Positions 61,681 to 64,000 of a DNA stretch of 64,000 nucleotides are shown piece after piece. Below the pieces are notes generated by a model. It saw only the letters and a program-made list of their open reading frames with translations, made no database searches and had not been told where the DNA came from. The position numbers and the translations under genes were made by a program. This DNA comes from Alphaproteobacteria bacterium (GTDB lineage Bacteria > Pseudomonadota > Alphaproteobacteria > SP197), in the NCBI GenBank assembly GCA_964291265.2, contig OZ219747.1, positions 224,001 to 288,000 of the forward strand, given 5' to 3'. The number at the start of each line of letters is the position of its first letter. The first letter of the stretch is position 1.

Positions 61681-61950
61681 CTAGAAAAACGCCTTGACGA
61701 CAACGACAGCTATGGTCGCGGCAACCACGATGCCAGAGAGAACGCCGCCCAATATCCAGACCTTCAGTGCAGTCACATCGTTCTTCTTCGCCATGGTGTC
61801 CTGCATGGCGGCAACGCGCTCATCAATCCGGGCAAGGTGGATTTCCAGCGCACGCAGGCGGCTGTCGAACCCGTCTCCACCGCCGTTCGAGCCGGGGCTT
61901 TTCCCGAAGTTCGGACGCGCCACATTGTCAGCATGGTTCGACTGGCTCAT
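61681..61950 (-). CDS. Small coiled-coil protein with a C-terminal TM helix
   Basis: GGGDG linker, heptads RLRALEIHLARIDERV, hydrophobic C-terminus; ATGA-coupled to the upstream ORF. Confidence 0.7.
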   Translation of the reverse strand: MSQSNHADNVARPNFGKSPGSNGGGDGFDSRLRALEIHLARIDERVAAMQDTMAKKNDVTALKVWILGGVLSGIVVAATIAVVVVKAFF

Positions 61951-62216
61951 TGATTCCCTTCCAGCCATTCCCACACCGCTGGCCGGTTCCATCCGTTGAT
62001 CGTGCTGTAGGTAACCCGCGTCACAATCCCGGAGACCTTGCGTTCGCTGCTCATGCCAACGGTATCGATGACCTCCTCGGTGGTGACGCCGTCTTTCGCG
62101 GCGATGAAGGCAAGTCGGTTGGTCACGATGAAATGGCCGGGTTTCGGCCATTCGGCTTTCAGCCGATCCCATGCGCCCTTGTCGGGATCGTTCAGGAAGA
62201 CGGCATAGATGCTCAT
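61947..62216 (-). CDS. Hypothetical 89-aa protein
   Basis: Clean ORF MSIYAVFL...GWNRPAVWEWL with protein-like composition, coupled to the downstream gene. Confidence 0.7.
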   Translation of the reverse strand: MSIYAVFLNDPDKGAWDRLKAEWPKPGHFIVTNRLAFIAAKDGVTTEEVIDTVGMSSERKVSGIVTRVTYSTINGWNRPAVWEWLEGNQ

Positions 62217-63135
62217 GAGCCGCCGCGCCTATGGGACAAGGGACGGGGGCCGCCGGTGCTCCGTCCTGTGAGTGTCATCGGGTATGCCGTCATCGTCTTT
62301 CTCCACCCCTGAAAGGGCATACTAGAAGCCCGATAGTCAGACTGTCTAGCTGTCAACAGGGGCGCAGCCGTCGACAGGGCGATGTCGGGGTCGCCGGTCG
62401 AGCGTCAGCGCACCGGGAACACGGAAACCCGGCATCGGGCCCATAGCACAGAGAAGGGCGGCCCGTAGACGACGGACTCCTGCCTCGGCAAGAGCCGCCG
62501 CCACACGCCCGGTCAGATCCTGCCTGGCGCCAAGGAGTATCGCGCCCCGTATGCGCTGACACACTTCACGAGTATCAGGGCCGAGATACCGGGCGGAAGA
62601 CCCAGAGGCGTCGATGGTTGGGGGTTGCCAGCAGGACCTGCCCCTTCTCGGTGCGCTTGCAGGGCATGCCGCCGGCCTCGGCGATCTCAAGGAGGCCTCC
62701 CGTCCAGGCGCGGTCAGCCAGGTCTGCAAGGAGTACATGCACCCAGGCAGTCTTTCGAGAGGCGTGGTCGTATCCGCGCCCTCCGCCTGCAGGCAAGTCG
62801 GCGTCCTGCCTGCATCCACCCGGGCCGGCTGACAATTCCCGCTGCGGCAAGGCCCGCCATGCCGCAGCGCCTTCGGAGTCCATCCATCGGATGTCGATGC
62901 GAACGACATGGCGCGTGAACGGACTGGAGATCCGCCAAGGATCAAGAGGTCCTGTCCACCGTCCTGGCGCGGGCCAGGAGAGAATGGCCCAGACACCGGC
63001 AGTGCACACCGGCAGTGCAGACGAGTCGCAACGCGAACTGCAGCAATCATGACCGCTCCGCTTCTTCAGAAGCAGCATCGGCTGGGCAACGGCACCGGGT
63101 ATCGGCGTGTCGTGACGAAACCTCTTCGTGTCCGA

Positions 63136-63810
63136 TCAGCGCAGCATGCGGGCGGCAGCGAGGAGAGTGTGCATGGCGCCGGTGGTCTGGCCGATGTCCT
63201 CGAGGACGCGAACGGTGTTCTCGAGATAGTCGATGCAGGGGCCGAGGTGGCCTTCGGCGAGGGCGATGTGGCGGGCCTGGACGGCGAGCGGGATGGCGTG
63301 GGCGTAGCGCCTGTAGGCGCGGTTGACGGCGAAGCTGGTGGCCGGCACGGTACGGTCCCCGAGATCGGCGCTCACCCAGATCGGACGGTAGGCGCCGGCG
63401 AACATCTCGCGGCGCCACAACAGCCGTGTCTCGCTGTCGATCCGGCAGGCACGGATGCGCAGTGCCATGCCCCTTGCCGAGCCGCCCTGCTCGAGACCGA
63501 GCGTCAGCCCCGGGAACTCCACCGTGCCCCTGCCGGTATGGGTCCACAGGTTGAAGCGGCGGTGCCAGCCCCTCACATGGGCCGGATGCCAGCCGGCGAC
63601 ATCGAAGGCGGGATTCCACATCAGGGAGCCGAAACCGAAGACGTAGAGGTCTTCCGAGCGGGGATGGTCCGCAAGGTGGTCCCGCCGGTTACGCTCCCGC
63701 TCGTCTTCGGGCGTCGGCGTGACGAGGCCCCGGTCGACCGCTTCCTGAATGGGCGGCGAGAAACGTTCATCCATGAGAACTTCGCGGGTGATGGCGAAGC
63801 GGTCGGTCAT
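63136..63810 (-). CDS. chaC: Glutathione-specific gamma-glutamylcyclotransferase
   Basis: VFGFGSLMW, GRGT..PGLTLGL, LWRREM, GPCIDYL. Confidence 0.9.
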   Translation of the reverse strand: MTDRFAITREVLMDERFSPPIQEAVDRGLVTPTPEDERERNRRDHLADHPRSEDLYVFGFGSLMWNPAFDVAGWHPAHVRGWHRRFNLWTHTGRGTVEFPGLTLGLEQGGSARGMALRIRACRIDSETRLLWRREMFAGAYRPIWVSADLGDRTVPATSFAVNRAYRRYAHAIPLAVQARHIALAEGHLGPCIDYLENTVRVLEDIGQTTGAMHTLLAAARMLR

Positions 63811-64000
63811 GGGTCCAGAGGGTACATGGGCCGGCGGACGTGACGGTAGGTGAAACGGTCGAGGTCCGGGGTCGCGAGGCCGCCCGAGTCGCAGACGATC
63901 ACCTTCTCCGCCAGGTGTTCATAGGCGGCCCGGAAATGCTGCATGGATTTCAGGGCAACCGTCTTCTTCGTGCGGGGATCGATGCCGTGGGCGAGGAACT
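63807..64000 (-). CDS. MlrC/M81 metallopeptidase C-terminus (partial, runs off the window)
   Basis: GIDP...ALKSMQHFRAAY...VRRPMYPLD; the stop overlaps the chaC start. Confidence 0.85.
   Translation of the reverse strand, partial: FLAHGIDPRTKKTVALKSMQHFRAAYEHLAEKVIVCDSGGLATPDLDRFTYRHVRRPMYPLDP

Noticed and set aside
62217-63135. About 900 bp of unexplained DNA with several overlapping ORFs
   Set aside because: No convincing protein motif, repeat array or RNA structure was recognised.

Overview
GC-rich alphaproteobacterial-type chromosome segment. Core blocks: acs and an Ldh_2 oxidoreductase; nrdJ-plsC-ydcF-ftsXE-DUF4175-lysA-small lipoprotein-argH; moaB-slt-udg-ETF-QO-TPR-ispE-NDP-sugar dehydrogenase-tRNA-Gln-tupBCA; sbmA/bacA-GFA-chaC-mlrC. 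Three accessory zones interrupt them. (1) 3.1-5.5 kb: a candidate nucleoid-associated protein (coiled coil plus two AT-hook/winged-helix units) sits divergent from a decayed IS200/IS605 tnpB. The 3' end of tnpB carries hairpins followed by a 19/20 reverse-complement match to the shared promoter region, a possible RNA-guided regulatory circuit. (2) 18.1-40.0 kb: integrase remnant, ISAzo13, an RTX protein with a G12 tract inside its promoter, an IS66/IS1380 graveyard, and an intact restriction-like defence operon (HTH-SNF2-DUF3883, DUF1156 methylase, embedded ABC-ATPase/TOPRIM pair, DUF499 ATPase). (3) 51.3-58.0 kb: an AbiE toxin-antitoxin pair whose toxin is cleanly split by IS1634, an AAA/DUF4143 ATPase, and remnants. 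All family assignments come from motif recognition by eye; no searches were run.
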